Translations under genes and position numbers: made by a program
Notes under the pieces: generated by a model
Seen by the model: only the letters and a program-made list of their open reading frames with translations
Told to the model about the DNA's origin: nothing
Databases searched by the model: none
Source: Gammaproteobacteria bacterium
GTDB taxonomy: Bacteria > Pseudomonadota > Gammaproteobacteria > Ga0077536
Direction: 5' to 3'
DNA length: 64,000 bases
NCBI GenBank assembly: GCA_963662545.2
Contig: CAXXLL010000002.1
Coordinates: forward strand, 1,056,001-1,120,000
Part shown: one piece after another, positions 1-11,243 of the stretch
Numbering within the stretch: position 1 is the stretch's first letter
How the letters are laid out: each line of letters starts with the position of its first letter

Positions 1-1758
1 GATCGTGGTCGGTGCAGTGGCCGTGACGACATCCATCGTGTGGGTGCATTTGCGTACCGCCTTGTATCACGACACCGCGCATTCACTCGAATGGCAGGGA
101 AGACTCGTAGCCCAGGAGCTGCAGGCGATGAGCGGTAAAGCGGCCGCGACGGCGCGGTACTTCGCCGCTGCGCCGCCCGTCCAATTTCTCGTCGCGGCCG
201 GGACGAACGATGAACGCGCGAGCGGGAAAACGCAACGACAGGTCACGCTGCTTGGGGATCTGCTGCGTAATGTATTTGATGTCTTCCCTTTGTACCGGAG
301 TATTCGGGTGCTCGGTCGAATCGACGGTGAATGGGCGAACGTCGCGGCCGTGGCGCGATCACCCGATGACACGCGCTCGCTAGGAAGCGGAATCGGCGTG
401 CGGCGTTGGGCGGCGGTGCTGGATGACATGAGCGTGACAGGCGAGCACCAGGTTCGCATTATCGCGCCGACCGCGGGTGCGCCGGCGGCGTTTTATGTCG
501 CGATGCCGATTCAGGTCTCGGCGTCGCCCTGGGCCGGGCTTATTGTGATCGAACTCGATTTCGCACGGGTGCTCGCCGAACTCGCGCGGTTCGAGCAACC
601 GGATGTGGTGATGCTACTGCTTGATGAGCACGGTGCGCCGCTGGCGCCAGCGGACATGCCGAAGTCCAAAAGCGAGCTTAGATCATTGATTCGACAATTG
701 GCACATACCGGCATCGAATCTGCATCGAGCAATACGTCCAGCGCGAAACGGCGTCATCTGGCCGATGGCCGGACGGCGGTCGTGCATGAACGCCGTGTGG
801 AACTTGAACCTGCGAACGGTAGCGCTTCTTTGCACCTGGTACTGGCGGCGGATCCCGAATCGACACTGATCGGTGCCCGCGCCAGCGGCCGCCAGGCACT
901 GACGGCTGCCGCCATCGTTACGGGTGTCGCGCTTCTCGTCGGTTGGTGGTTTGGTCGTGCGCTCATCGGCCCATTGCGGCACATCGCGCAGGTATCGGCC
1001 GCCTACGGAAAGGGATCCGGGCGAACTGACCTACCGGTTGCCGCGAGCGATGAAATCGGCGTCGTAGCGCGTGCCCTCAGCGATATGATCAATCAGATCG
1101 AGGCGCGCACGGCCGAGCTTGAACGCGAGGTCTCCGAGCGCACGCAGGCGCAGAGCCGGCTCGCCGAAAAAAGCGTCGAAATCGAACGCTCCAATGAGGA
1201 GCTTGGCCAGTTTGCCTACGTGGCCTCCCACGACCTGCAGGAACCGCTGCGCACGGTGACGAGCTTCGTGCAGTTATTGCGCAAAAAACATGGCGGGGAA
1301 CTCGGCGAGGACGCCGATCGTTACATTCAGCATGCGATCGACGGTTGCGACCGCATGAAATGCTTGATTAAGGACCTGCTGACTTATTCGCGCATCGGTG
1401 GCGACACTGTCGATCATCACCCGGTTGACAGTGCAGCCGTATTGGATCAATGCCTGTCCGATTTGACCACGGCGATTGACGATGCCGGCGCACAGGTGTC
1501 CACCGGTCCGCTGCCACGTGTGATTGCCGACGAGAGCCAGCTGCGCACGCTGCTTCAAAACTTGATCGTCAATGCGCTCAAATATCGCGGCGAAACCGTG
1601 CCGGAGATCTCGATCGGCGCCCGGCAAGTGGATGATGAATGCGAATTCTTCGTTACCGACAACGGAATCGGTATCGAATCCGAATATTTCGGGCTCATTT
1701 TCGGTGTATTTCAGCGCCTGCACGGACGTGGCGAATACGAAGGTACCGGTGTTGGTCT
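1..1758 (+). pseudogene. Sensor histidine kinase (periplasmic sensor + HAMP + HisKA + HATPase_c), N-terminal part; interrupted by IS66 and probably starting before the window
   Basis: H-box FAYVASHDLQEPLR, N-box LLQNLIVNALKY, G1 VTDNGIGI, F-box IFGVFQRLH. The frame is cut at G2 (GTGVGL) exactly at the IS66 left end. Confidence 0.93.
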
Positions 1759-1844
1759 GTAACCGGTCAATCCAGGCCGTTATTCACGGTCTCGGGCAGA
1801 TGGTTTAGTTTGCCAGGTTTCCCAGTCAATCGGGAGCTTGGTAA

Positions 1845-2135
1845 ATGAATGATCACGGAAAACCTCGGAACAAACGACGTAGTGCGGATGAGTGGCGTGG
1901 CCTATTAGCGGAGCAGGCACAAAGCGGTTCATCGATCCGCGCATTCTGTGCTGAGCGAGGAATTGGATATTCGACGTTCAGTAAAAGGAAGTCGAGGTCA
2001 GCGAGGGACGCTCAGATAGGGAAGGCGGAAACACGTTTCGTCGAGTTGGCCCCGTTACAACCATTAACCAATGCACAATGGGATATCGAGTTAGCGCTCG
2101 GTGATGACATCGTGCTACGTGTGTCACGGCACTGA
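1845..2135 (+). CDS. tnpA: IS66 accessory protein TnpA (HTH)
   Basis: RRSADEWRGLL..QSGSSIRAFCAERGIGYSTF, first ORF of the IS66. Confidence 0.88.
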   Translation: MNDHGKPRNKRRSADEWRGLLAEQAQSGSSIRAFCAERGIGYSTFSKRKSRSARDAQIGKAETRFVELAPLQPLTNAQWDIELALGDDIVLRVSRH

Positions 2136-2503
2136 TGTGGTCGCCCCCATCGGGTTTGCGTATATGGTTATGTCGGGCACCGACTGATATGCGTCAATCG
2201 TTCCATGGTTTATCGGCGTTGGTGCGGCAGGCGTTACACGAGGAGCCCCTCGATGGGGCACTGTACGTTTTCGTCAATCGCCGGCGTACGTTATTAAAAG
2301 CGCTGTACTTTGAGTCGGACGGATATTGTCTGTGGAGTAAGAAACTCGAACGCGGTCAGTTCCAGGTTCGGTGGAATAGCGAGGTCAAACAGCGGCTGCA
2401 ACGCAGCGAATGGCAGTGCATTATTGAAGGGATCGATCTACGCTCAGTGCGTCGATTAAAACGGTTTCGATTACCGGAAAACGATCGACGGTCAGCAGTG
2501 TAA
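2135..2503 (+). CDS. tnpB: IS66 accessory protein TnpB
   Basis: IWLCRAPTDMRQSFHGL..YVFVNRRRTLLKALYFESDGYCLWSKKLERGQF signature. Confidence 0.93.
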   Translation: MWSPPSGLRIWLCRAPTDMRQSFHGLSALVRQALHEEPLDGALYVFVNRRRTLLKALYFESDGYCLWSKKLERGQFQVRWNSEVKQRLQRSEWQCIIEGIDLRSVRRLKRFRLPENDRRSAV

Positions 2504-2521
2504 ACGGTACAATACGTACCC

Positions 2522-3901
2522 ATGAATGGGGGTTATGCAACGCCGGAAATATCACTTGATGCGGCGGTGTTACAAGCGGAAAACACAGCCCTCAAAACGC
2601 AGGTCGCCACACTCACCCAACAACTCGACTGGTTCAAACGCCAACTGTTCGGTCGCAAGTCTGAACGGCGGCTGATTGATCCCAATCCCGATCAACGGTT
2701 ACTCAATGGCTTCGAGGATGAGTCGTCATCGACGGCGGCGGTTGAGAAAGAAACGATCACTTATCAGCGGCGCAAAGGAAAGCGCCGTGGCGATGATTGT
2801 GTGACTGATCAAGGGTTACGTTTCGATGACTCGGTGCCGATTGAATGCATCCAATTGTCGGTACCTGAAGATGTCGCGGATGCGTTTGAAGCGAGCAGTG
2901 AAAAGATCACCTATCGTTTAGCGCAACGGCCGGCGGCCTATGTGGTCTTGAAGTACATCCAACCGGTAGTGAAGCGCAAAAGCGACGGTCAGATCTTCAC
3001 GATCCCGGCGCCCGATGGTCTGTGGTCCGGCTCATTGGCGGATGTGAGTGTGGTTGCGGGGATGCTGGTTGATAAGTTCGCTTATCACCTGCCGCTGTAC
3101 CGTCAACATCAACGAATGGGGCTGAACGGCATTACCGTGGCGCGGTCGAGTCTGACGCACTGGGTGCAGAAGGCAAGTGACCTGTTGAAGCCGATTTATC
3201 TGGCGCAGTTGCGGCATATCTTGTTATCGAAGACGCTGGCGATGGATGAAACGCCGATTAAGGCGGGTCGCTCGGGCAAGGGCAAGATGAACGCGGCGTG
3301 GTATTGGCCAATTTATGGCGAAGCGGATGAGATTGCGTTCACGTTTGCGCGAACCAAGGCGCGGTCGCACATCGACAAAACGTTGGTGGACTTTAAAGGC
3401 ACCTTACTAACCGATGGCGCCGCGGCTTATGCGCGTTTTGCCGCCGATCGCGGCGATGAAGTCGTGCATGCGCAATGCTGGGCGCACACGCGTCGTCAGT
3501 TCGAAAGGGCATTATCCGATAGGCCACAAAGTGCGGCGCAGGCACTTGATTTGATCGCGGCACTGTATGCCGTTGAGGCCACCATCCGTGACCAGGCAAT
3601 GGATGAAGCGGCGACCCAGACCTACCGCAGCCGGTACGCCTTGCCTGCGGTTGATGCATTTTTTGCCTGGCTTGACGAGCAACGCCAGTGCATGGGTTTA
3701 TTACCGAGTCAGCCGTTTACGAAGGCGCTGGCCTATGCAGCCGAGCGTGAGGGCGCGTTACGTGTTTACTTATCGGATGCGAGCGTCGCGATCGACACGA
3801 ATCATTTAGAGCGCGCTCTGAGACCCATTCCGATGGGCCGAAAGAATTGGATGTTCTGTTGGACTGAGGTGGGCGCTGAACACGTTGGGATCATACAAAG
3901 T
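2522..3901 (+). pseudogene. tnpC: IS66 DDE transposase TnpC, N-terminal part (interrupted by ISL3)
   Basis: LFGRKSE, DKFAYHLPLYRQ, MDETP, LLTDG, HAQCWAHTRRQF, IDTNHLERALRPIPMGRKNWMF. Ends at the ISL3 target site. Confidence 0.93.
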
Positions 3902-5286
3902 GGGTCTACGCGGATTCATGTGGGTAAATTCTGAATTAGACCAAGTGTAAACCATTGAAATCATGTAGACATTCAGAGATTTCGTATGGGGTGAAAGTGG
4001 TTTCATTTTGTGGGTAGGCTAAGGCCATGAAGAATCCCAAGTCGATCCGAGCGCTGTTTGCGTTCCCTGGTTTTACCGCCGCATCGAAATTGGTGGGCAT
4101 GTTTGGTGATCGGTATGCCCGTGTGATCCAACTCAAGAGGCGAAAAAAACAGCGATCTGTTCTCACTGTGCTCACCGGTGCCGCGGGCGTTACGACAAGA
4201 AGGTGCTGCGAGTACGAGACCTGTCAGTTGCCGGATGGCGAATCTACCTGGAGTTCGAACGCTGGCGTGTCAGTTGCCGGAGGTGCGGCGGCGTGCAGGT
4301 AGAACATCTTGACTGGCTGGCAAAGAACCCTCGCTATACGCAGCGCTTTGCCATGCAGGTGGGCAAGCTGTGCCGGGACATGCCGAACCAGGCTGTCGCC
4401 GAGAGGGAACGCCTGCACCACAGCACGGTGAAAGACCTCGATAAGCTGTACATGCAAAAGCAGGTTGAGCTGGCGGGCATGCCAGCACCCCGGGCCATCG
4501 GTATTGATGAGATCTCCATCCGCAAAGGACATAACTACCGGGTCATCGTCAGTGACCTGGATCGGGGGCGTCCTATCTGGGTCGGTGGTGAAGGTCGCAA
4601 AGAGGCTGACATCGACCTGTTTTTCCAGGCATTGGGCGAGAACAAGAGCGCTCGCATCGAACTGGCGGCGATGGACATGTGGAAGCCGTTCCGTAACTCG
4701 GTCATGAACAACGCACCGCAGGCGCGGATCATCTATGACAAGTTCCATATCATGCGCCACCTCTCAAAGGCTCTCGATGAAGTCCGGCGCCGTGAATACA
4801 AACGTCTCCGCGGCAAGGACAGGAGTTACATCAAAGGCCAGCGATATACCTTGCTCTCGCGACGCGAGAACCTGAATCTGGATGGCAGACGAGCCCTGAA
4901 AAAACTGCTCCAGGCCAACCGGCGTCTGAACACCGCCTACGTCCTCAAGGAAACCTTCGGCCAACTCTGGGACTACCGTACCGAGCGCGGCGCGCGTGCC
5001 TTTTTCGAGCGCTGGAAGGACAGTCTGAAATGGCAGCGATTGGCGCCGTATCGCAAGTTTGCTGAGCTGATTGAATCCCATTGGGATGGCATTGCTTCCT
5101 ATTGTGATGCTAAGAATAAAGTCAGTCTTGGATTGGTCGAAGGGGTCAACAACAAAATCCGGGTCCTGCAACGACGCGCCTATGGCTATCGTGATGAGGA
5201 ATTCCTCAAACTGAAAATCATTGCGGCATTTCTTCCGCCACTACCCAGAAATGCCAATATCAACCCACACGTTTCCGCGTAGACCC
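3902..5286 (+). mobile_element. ISL3-family insertion sequence
   Basis: Imperfect ~24-bp IRs GGGTCTACGCGGATTCATGTGGGT / ACCCACACGTTTCCGCGTAGACCC. 8-bp AT-rich TSD TACAAAGT at 3894-3901 and 5287-5294. Confidence 0.95.
4027..5282 (+). CDS. ISL3 transposase, probably expressed through a -1 frameshift at the A7 run 4143-4149
   Basis: ORF from 4027 plus the -1 frame gives KKTAICSHC...CRRCGG (Zn ribbon), IGIDEISIRKGHNY, AMDMWKPF, YDKFH and VEGVNNKIRVLQRRAYGYR. Confidence 0.88.
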
Positions 5287-5498
5287 TACAAAGTTTGATC
5301 TGTACTTGCCGAATACACGGCATTAATCCGTACACCTACCTGGTTGATGTACTCCAGAGGATCGCGATCCATCCGGATAGCGCAGTGGAACAACTCACGC
5401 CTCGGGTGTGGAAGACATTGTTCGCTACCCAACCGCTGCGTTCTAACTTGGCCGTCGTTACCGCAACACGAGATCAATTACCAGACGCCGCCGTTTGA
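5287..5498 (+). pseudogene. tnpC: IS66 TnpC C-terminal remnant
   Basis: QSLICTCRIHGINPYTYLVDVLQRI..LTPRVW is the typical IS66 C-terminal domain and continues the frame broken at 3901. Confidence 0.92.
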
Positions 5499-5506
5499 CC
5501 GGTTAC

Positions 5507-5683
5507 GTTGGTCTGTCCGTGTGTAAGAAAATCGTCGAAGCGCATGGCGGGCGTATCTGGGTCGAATCGACGCCGGGCCTGGGTTCGACGTTCCGCTTTA
5601 CTCTAAAGGCCGTCGCGGACCACGCTAATAATTTCGATGCGGGTGGGGCTCTCGTATCTCAAGATGAGGTGACAACAACATGA
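5507..5683 (+). pseudogene. C-terminal remnant of the IS66-interrupted histidine kinase
   Basis: [33 protein letters not shown] completes HATPase_c. Its stop overlaps the next ATG (ATGA). Confidence 0.93.
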
Positions 5684-6144
5684 ACGAACATAGCGCGGCA
5701 AGTCGCAGCGTGGACATACTCATGGTCGAGGACAATCCGGCCGACGTCGAACTCGCCATCGAGGCACTGCACGGCGCACAGATCCAAAGCAATATTCATA
5801 TCGTCGACGATGGCGTGCGGGCTCTTGAGTACCTACGCCGCGATGGCGAATACCGCGACGAACCGCGGCCGAGCCTGATCCTGCTCGACCTCAACCTGCC
5901 GCGTAAGGACGGCCGTGAGGTGCTGGCTGAACTCAAAAACGACGATGACTTGAAATCCATTCCGGTGGTCGTGCTCACGACCAGTGACGCCGATGAGGAC
6001 GTGCTCAAGAGCTATGACTTGCACTGCAATTGTTACGTCACCAAGCCGTATGATTTCGAAGACTTCGTAGGCGTCATCAAAGCCATCGAGGGCTTCTGGT
6101 TGAGCGTGGTAAAACTACCGGTGAAGGTTCGTACTCTTGCCTGA
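5680..6144 (+). CDS. Single-domain response regulator (Rcp1-like receiver)
   Basis: [39 protein letters not shown]. Coupled to the kinase. Confidence 0.93.
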   Translation: MNEHSAASRSVDILMVEDNPADVELAIEALHGAQIQSNIHIVDDGVRALEYLRRDGEYRDEPRPSLILLDLNLPRKDGREVLAELKNDDDLKSIPVVVLTTSDADEDVLKSYDLHCNCYVTKPYDFEDFVGVIKAIEGFWLSVVKLPVKVRTLA

Positions 6145-6158
6145 CGGCGTTTGGATTT

Positions 6159-7424
6159 TCAACCCGACTCGCGCTGCCTTTGCACATCGATCGTGGCGGT
6201 CTTGACTGCGGCTTTGACCACCGGCACGTCTTCGCGGGCCAGCGGCTGCATGTAATCCTTGCGTGCCAGCGCGGCCTGGATGAACGGTGCGAGTTTTTTG
6301 GCTTTCACTGATTCGCGCTCGGCGACGTCCCGGGAAAAATCGGGCATCACGGTGCGGGCGAACAATTCGAGGGATTCACAGATATTCTTGTGGGAATTCC
6401 GGCCGGCCTGCTGCAGAAAGACCACCTGGTCGACGCCCGCGTCCTGCATGCTGGCGAGGTGCCGCTGCATGTCGTCCGGCGTGCCGATACCCGCGCCGTC
6501 GTATTCGCCGCGAGCGAGCGCCGCCTGGATGAGGGCGTCCGAGGCATCGCCGCGCTTTTCTTGAAACTCCTTCCAGATGTTGCTGTAGCCAGGCACGAAA
6601 TCCTCGGCTACGAGCTTCTGCTGTGAGTAACGGAAGAACTCGAAATGATCCTGGCCGCGCCGAATGGCTTCGCCGCGGTCCTCGTGCATGGAAAAGGCTG
6701 AGACCATGGCGAGCCTGGCATTGACCGACCAGCCGACCGGCACGCATTCCTCACTCTTGATGATGTCGTAGTAGATCGTCGACCAGGTCCGGGCTTCTTC
6801 CGGATCCAGGAAGGAAAAGGCGAGTGCGCCGACGCCATTGCGCGCGGCAACCTTGATCGTCTCGCGATTTGTGCACGCCATCCAGAGCGGTGGATGGGGC
6901 TTTTGCAGTGGCTTGGGGAGCACGTTGCGACACGGCATCGAAAACCCTTCACCGTCGAAGCCCGGATACGGCGTCAGCACCATCATGTTGCAGATTTGCT
7001 CGGTCGCTTCGAGCGCCATTGCACGCTTGGTCTTCGCGGGTATCCCGAAGGCACCGAGTTCTAGCCGCGTCGCCCCTTCGCCGATACCGAACTCGAGCCG
7101 CCCGTCCGAAAGCAAGTCCAAAGTCGCAAGACCCTCGGCGGTACGCGCCGGATGGTTGTATTTCGGTATGACCTGACGGATCCCGTGGCCGATCCGGATG
7201 TTCTTCGTCTTCGCTGCGGCCGCGGCGAGGAACACTTCCGGCGCCGAAGAATGCGAATACTCATCGAGAAAATGATGTTCCACCTGCCATGCAAAATCGA
7301 AACCCAAGCGGTCCGCGAGGACAACTTGTTCCAGCGCGTCCTTGAACAGGCGGTGTTCGTCGCCCTCGTTCCAGGGACGAGGGAGTTGTAATTCGTAGAA
7401 GACGCCAAAACGCATGTAAGACAC
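6159..7424 (-). CDS. LLM-class flavin-dependent oxidoreductase (luciferase-like)
   Basis: MRFGVFYELQ, ADRLGFDFAWQVEHHFLDEYSHSSAPEVFL, LDLLSDGRLEFGIG, PKPLQKPHPPLW. Confidence 0.92.
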   Translation of the reverse strand: MSYMRFGVFYELQLPRPWNEGDEHRLFKDALEQVVLADRLGFDFAWQVEHHFLDEYSHSSAPEVFLAAAAAKTKNIRIGHGIRQVIPKYNHPARTAEGLATLDLLSDGRLEFGIGEGATRLELGAFGIPAKTKRAMALEATEQICNMMVLTPYPGFDGEGFSMPCRNVLPKPLQKPHPPLWMACTNRETIKVAARNGVGALAFSFLDPEEARTWSTIYYDIIKSEECVPVGWSVNARLAMVSAFSMHEDRGEAIRRGQDHFEFFRYSQQKLVAEDFVPGYSNIWKEFQEKRGDASDALIQAALARGEYDGAGIGTPDDMQRHLASMQDAGVDQVVFLQQAGRNSHKNICESLELFARTVMPDFSRDVAERESVKAKKLAPFIQAALARKDYMQPLAREDVPVVKAAVKTATIDVQRQRESG

Positions 7425-7536
7425 TCCATTCTATCGATCCGATATTTGGTTCATACTGACTGCTGGGTCGAATTCAGTCAATTTCCCCATAAAGAAATTG
7501 CCGATTTGAGGAATTCCAGATGCAGCGAATCGAGAC

Positions 7537-8391
7537 GTGGCCGCAAGGACTGAAGAAATGAGCGCAATGAGTTCATCGGAGCAGACAGTCGTGCAGCCTG
7601 GCGACGGACTTTATCGCGCGGAAGCGGGTTTCGAATTCCCGGTCGAGAACATCACGATTACGCGGGATGAGCAGCGTCGTCTGCACGGCTGGTGTGACAT
7701 CGAACCCGAGGTATTCGGAGAAGTGGCCGACCCGACGTTCGTCGCGCGCCGTCCGATCTTGCTCAACACGGCGATGATCCGCCAGTCGCGCCCGCGCTGG
7801 GGGCAGGTGCACACCGTGCATCGCGTCACGCAGCACCGTCCGATTCGGCTCGACGAAGCGCTGGTGATGAGCGGGCGCATCAACTCGCTCGAACCGCACC
7901 CTAAAGGCGTCGTGATCAAGAGCACGTGGAACTACCGTGACGCGCGCGGAGAGATCCCTTTCATCGTCGAACCCGACGTCCTCATGGTCGACCCGGATAT
8001 AGCGCCGCCACCGAGGTCGGCGCGATCCGAACGCGATGTTGACGCTGAAAAGTATGAATTCCTTACCAAGAAACACTGCACCCCGGAATCGACGCTCGGC
8101 TATTGTGAAGGCAGCGAGAATGCGATTCACCTCGACCCCGAATATGCGCGCGGATTCGGCTTTCGCGCTCCGATCATCGCGGGCATTCAGACCGTAAACT
8201 TTCTGATGGAGCCGGTCTATCGCAAACAGCCGCCGGATACGCTCGAGCTCCACATACGGTTCCTGCGTCCTGTTTTCTGGGACGACACGCTGGTCATCGA
8301 AGGACGTACGGACGACAGCGGTGTATTGCAGGCCGTCCGTGCGCTCAACGCGGACGGCAAATGCGTTGCCGATTGCCAGCTCGCCGGTTGA
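7537..8391 (+). CDS. Double hot-dog MaoC-like dehydratase (start uncertain)
   Basis: [33 protein letters not shown]. Confidence 0.78.
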   Translation: MAARTEEMSAMSSSEQTVVQPGDGLYRAEAGFEFPVENITITRDEQRRLHGWCDIEPEVFGEVADPTFVARRPILLNTAMIRQSRPRWGQVHTVHRVTQHRPIRLDEALVMSGRINSLEPHPKGVVIKSTWNYRDARGEIPFIVEPDVLMVDPDIAPPPRSARSERDVDAEKYEFLTKKHCTPESTLGYCEGSENAIHLDPEYARGFGFRAPIIAGIQTVNFLMEPVYRKQPPDTLELHIRFLRPVFWDDTLVIEGRTDDSGVLQAVRALNADGKCVADCQLAG

Positions 8392-8429
8392 GATCTGACC
8401 CCCTCCACTCGGCCGTCAACGCCGACCGA

Positions 8430-9095
8430 ATGATGATGAATTGTGATCCCGCGCTCAAAGCGCGCATCAGCGCCCACCTTGCAGCGTTCACCTTGAACGA
8501 GGGCGATAAGGGGGAGGGAAAAGCGGCCGCCGTCGCGCTCGCCATCGTTGACGAGGGATTCGGCGCGGATCTGTCCGGCCTCCCCGAACATGAAAGCTGG
8601 CAATCGCGAGCCGCCCTCATTCTGACTCGGCGCTCGTTGAAGTTACGCACTCACCCGGGCCAGTGGGCTCTGCCGGGCGGCCGCGTCGACGACGGCGAAA
8701 CGCCGGAACAGACAGCGCTGCGCGAAATGCGGGAGGAAGTGGGACTCGAGCTCCGTGAGGATGCAGTCCTCGGCCGGCTCGACGATTTCATCACGCGCTC
8801 GGGATTCATGATCACCCCGATCGTGATCTGGGCCGGCCCCGGGAGCGAGCTGGTCGCGAACGAGGAAGAAGTGGATTCGATCCACCGCATTCCGGTCGCG
8901 GAGTTCCTGCGCGACGACGCCCCGTTGCTCGATCACGAGGAAGGCGAGACAGCGCCCGTCCTGCGCATGCCGATCGGCGACGCCTGGATCGCCGCGCCGA
9001 CCGCGGCGATGCTGTATCAGTTCGCCCAGGTCTGCCTGCTCGGCAACGACGTACGCGTAGCGCATTACGACCAGCCGCGTTTCGCGTGGCGGTGA
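8430..9095 (+). CDS. Nudix hydrolase, CoA pyrophosphatase type
   Basis: [43 protein letters not shown] (Nudix box with NudL-type upstream motif). Confidence 0.9.
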   Translation: MMMNCDPALKARISAHLAAFTLNEGDKGEGKAAAVALAIVDEGFGADLSGLPEHESWQSRAALILTRRSLKLRTHPGQWALPGGRVDDGETPEQTALREMREEVGLELREDAVLGRLDDFITRSGFMITPIVIWAGPGSELVANEEEVDSIHRIPVAEFLRDDAPLLDHEEGETAPVLRMPIGDAWIAAPTAAMLYQFAQVCLLGNDVRVAHYDQPRFAWR

Positions 9096-9111
9096 GTGGA
9101 ATTCAGCTTTA

Positions 9112-9273
9112 GGAATCTCTGAATAAGTCATGGTGCGTCTGAATTGCTCATGAAATGGTGCAGATCAAGGCACGAATCGCAGGCCATAGCGGGGACTATG
9201 GGCAAGGTTCGTAACGCCGAGCTGCGCCATTTCATGGGTCAGGCAGATGGGCCATGACTTATTCAGAGGTTTC
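9112..9273. mobile_element. 162-bp MITE, family A, copy 1
   Basis: 22-bp terminal IRs GGAATCTCTGAATAAGTCATGG / CCATGACTTATTCAGAGGTTTC, flanked by TTA/TTAA. Two more copies are present. Confidence 0.85.
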
Positions 9274-9297
9274 TTAAGTAAGGGAGATGAAGACATC

Positions 9298-10167
9298 ATG
9301 AGACTCGAAGGCAAAACGGCCGTCATCACCGGTGGCGCCAGCGGTATGGGTCGCGCGACCGTGCTGCGTTTTCTGGACGAGGGCGCGAACGTCGTAGTGG
9401 CCGATTACAACGCGGCGACGGGCGAGGAAACGATCAAACTGGCAACGGATGCGGGTCACCCCGACGCCGTGTGCTTCATACGCACCGACGTGGCGAAGGA
9501 GGCCGACATCGAGGCCATGATGCAATGCGCGCTCGATCATTACGGAGGTCTGGACATCGTGTTCAACAACGCCGGCGTCGGCGGCGCCATCGGCCCGCTG
9601 ACCGAAACCACGGTCGACTCCTGGGACTATACCTTCGACGTGCTGGCCAAGGGTGTCTTCCTCGGCATCAAGCATGCCGCGCGCATCATGCAGGCGCAGG
9701 GCGAGGGCGGTTCGATCATTAACACGGCCTCGGTTGCGGCGCTCAGCGGCGACGGTGGGCCACTGGTCTATTCGGCTGCGAAAGCGGCCGTGGTGAGCTT
9801 ATCCAAATGCGCCGCGGTCGAACTGGCACCGGATCGGATCCGGGGCAATGCGATCTGTCCGGGATTCATCAATACACCGCTGGCCGACGGCGGTAAGCCT
9901 GATCGGACGGAGGAAAAGTTCGCGAAATCGCAACCCTGGCCTGAAGCCGGGCACGGCGAATACATCGCCGGTGCCGCCCTGTTTCTCGCGACCGACGATG
10001 CACGCTTCGTGACCGGCGAAACGCTGGTGGTCGACGGCGGCCTGACAGCGGCCGGGCCGGAGTTATCCAAGAAGTTCACCGCGATCTCGGCGCGCGGCTC
10101 CGGCATGGTCGGGGTAACGCGCGGGTCGACGGGTGAAGCGCACGATCTGAGAAAGCTCGACGATTAG
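9298..10167 (+). CDS. SDR family oxidoreductase
   Basis: TGGASGMG, FNNAG, YSAAK. Confidence 0.93.
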   Translation: MRLEGKTAVITGGASGMGRATVLRFLDEGANVVVADYNAATGEETIKLATDAGHPDAVCFIRTDVAKEADIEAMMQCALDHYGGLDIVFNNAGVGGAIGPLTETTVDSWDYTFDVLAKGVFLGIKHAARIMQAQGEGGSIINTASVAALSGDGGPLVYSAAKAAVVSLSKCAAVELAPDRIRGNAICPGFINTPLADGGKPDRTEEKFAKSQPWPEAGHGEYIAGAALFLATDDARFVTGETLVVDGGLTAAGPELSKKFTAISARGSGMVGVTRGSTGEAHDLRKLDD

Positions 10168-10958
10168 CTGCCGGTGAACGCGGGCTTCCGTTTCTCGACG
10201 AAAGCCCTCACGCCTTCCCTGAAATCCCCGCGCGTCGCGCAGTCGGCGAAGCATTCGCCCTCCATTTGCAACTGCGATTCGAATTCGTTTTCGAGCGAGC
10301 GGTACAAGAGCCGCTTGGTGTTGCCGTAGACGTGAGTCGGCCCGTTCGCGAGGCGTTGGGCGAGTTTCGCGGTTTCGGCCTCGAGGGTTCCGGCCGGCGC
10401 GACGAAGTTGATGAGCCCGATGGATTGGGCCGTCGCGGCATCGAAGCGATCGCCCAGCAGGGCGATTTCCATGGCCTTCTTGATGCCGACTGCGCGCGGT
10501 AGATGAAACGTGGCCGAGCCGTCCGGGCTGGTCCCGATGTGGCAGTAAGCGAGGGTGAAAAATGCGTTCTCATCGGCAATGATGAGGTCGCTGGCCAGGG
10601 CCATGCTGACGCCGGCGCCGGCCGCCGCGCCGGCGACGCTCGCGATGATCGGTTTCGGCATGCGGCGCATGGCGAACATGATGGGGTGCAGCTCGTGTAT
10701 GCGGTGGATGAACTGCGTGCGGAGGTTTTCGGGCGATTCATCGAGCATCTGAGACATCATTTTGACATCCCCGCCGGCCATGAAATGATCCCCTGCGCCG
10801 CGTATGACTACACAGCGTACGCGATCGTCGCATTCGACATCATGCAGCGTATCGCGCAGCATCGAACGCATTTCCATGCTCAAGGCATTTCGCGCATCGG
10901 GGCGGTTGAAGGTCAGGGTGGCAACACCGGCCTGGGTGTCAACGAGTAAATCGGGCAT
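10164..10958 (-). CDS. Enoyl-CoA hydratase/isomerase (PaaG-like)
   Basis: FNRPDARNAL, FMAGGD, AAGAGVSMALASD, DFREGVRAFVEKRKPAF. Confidence 0.92.
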   Translation of the reverse strand: MPDLLVDTQAGVATLTFNRPDARNALSMEMRSMLRDTLHDVECDDRVRCVVIRGAGDHFMAGGDVKMMSQMLDESPENLRTQFIHRIHELHPIMFAMRRMPKPIIASVAGAAAGAGVSMALASDLIIADENAFFTLAYCHIGTSPDGSATFHLPRAVGIKKAMEIALLGDRFDAATAQSIGLINFVAPAGTLEAETAKLAQRLANGPTHVYGNTKRLLYRSLENEFESQLQMEGECFADCATRGDFREGVRAFVEKRKPAFTGS

Positions 10959-11073
10959 CGCGTGTCTCCTCTTTATCTTATTGTCGGGCGAATAAATCCG
11001 AAGGTTTTGCAATCGTCACGAGATAGGGCAGACTCTTAGTGTATCGCGCTGCAGGCGAACGGGGATGAGTTAC

Positions 11074-11235
11074 GGAACCTCTGAATAAGTCATGGCACAT
11101 CTGCCTGGCCCATGAAATCGCGGAGTCTTACGTTACGAACTTTGCCCATAGTCCCCGCCATGGCCTGCGATCCGTGCCTTGATCTGCACCATTGCATGAA
11201 CCATTCAGACGCACCATGACTTATTCAGAGGCTTC
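11074..11235. mobile_element. 162-bp MITE, family A, copy 2 (inverted relative to copy 1)
   Basis: GGAACCTCTGAATAAGTCATGG ... CCATGACTTATTCAGAGGCTTC. The interior is the reverse complement of copy 1. Confidence 0.85.
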
Positions 11236-11243
11236 TTAATGCT

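Larger units (their letters stand above)
1759..5506 (+). mobile_element. IS66-family insertion sequence carrying a nested ISL3
   Basis: Terminal IR GTAACCGGTCAA (1759-1770) / TTGACCGGTTAC (5495-5506). 8-bp target duplication GTTGGTCT at 1751-1758 and 5507-5514. tnpA-tnpB-tnpC order. Confidence 0.96.

Noticed and set aside
9247-9297. Longer N-terminus of the SDR (MGHDLFRGFL...)
   Set aside because: It derives from the MITE terminal repeat. The start at 9298 has an RBS and the typical SDR start.
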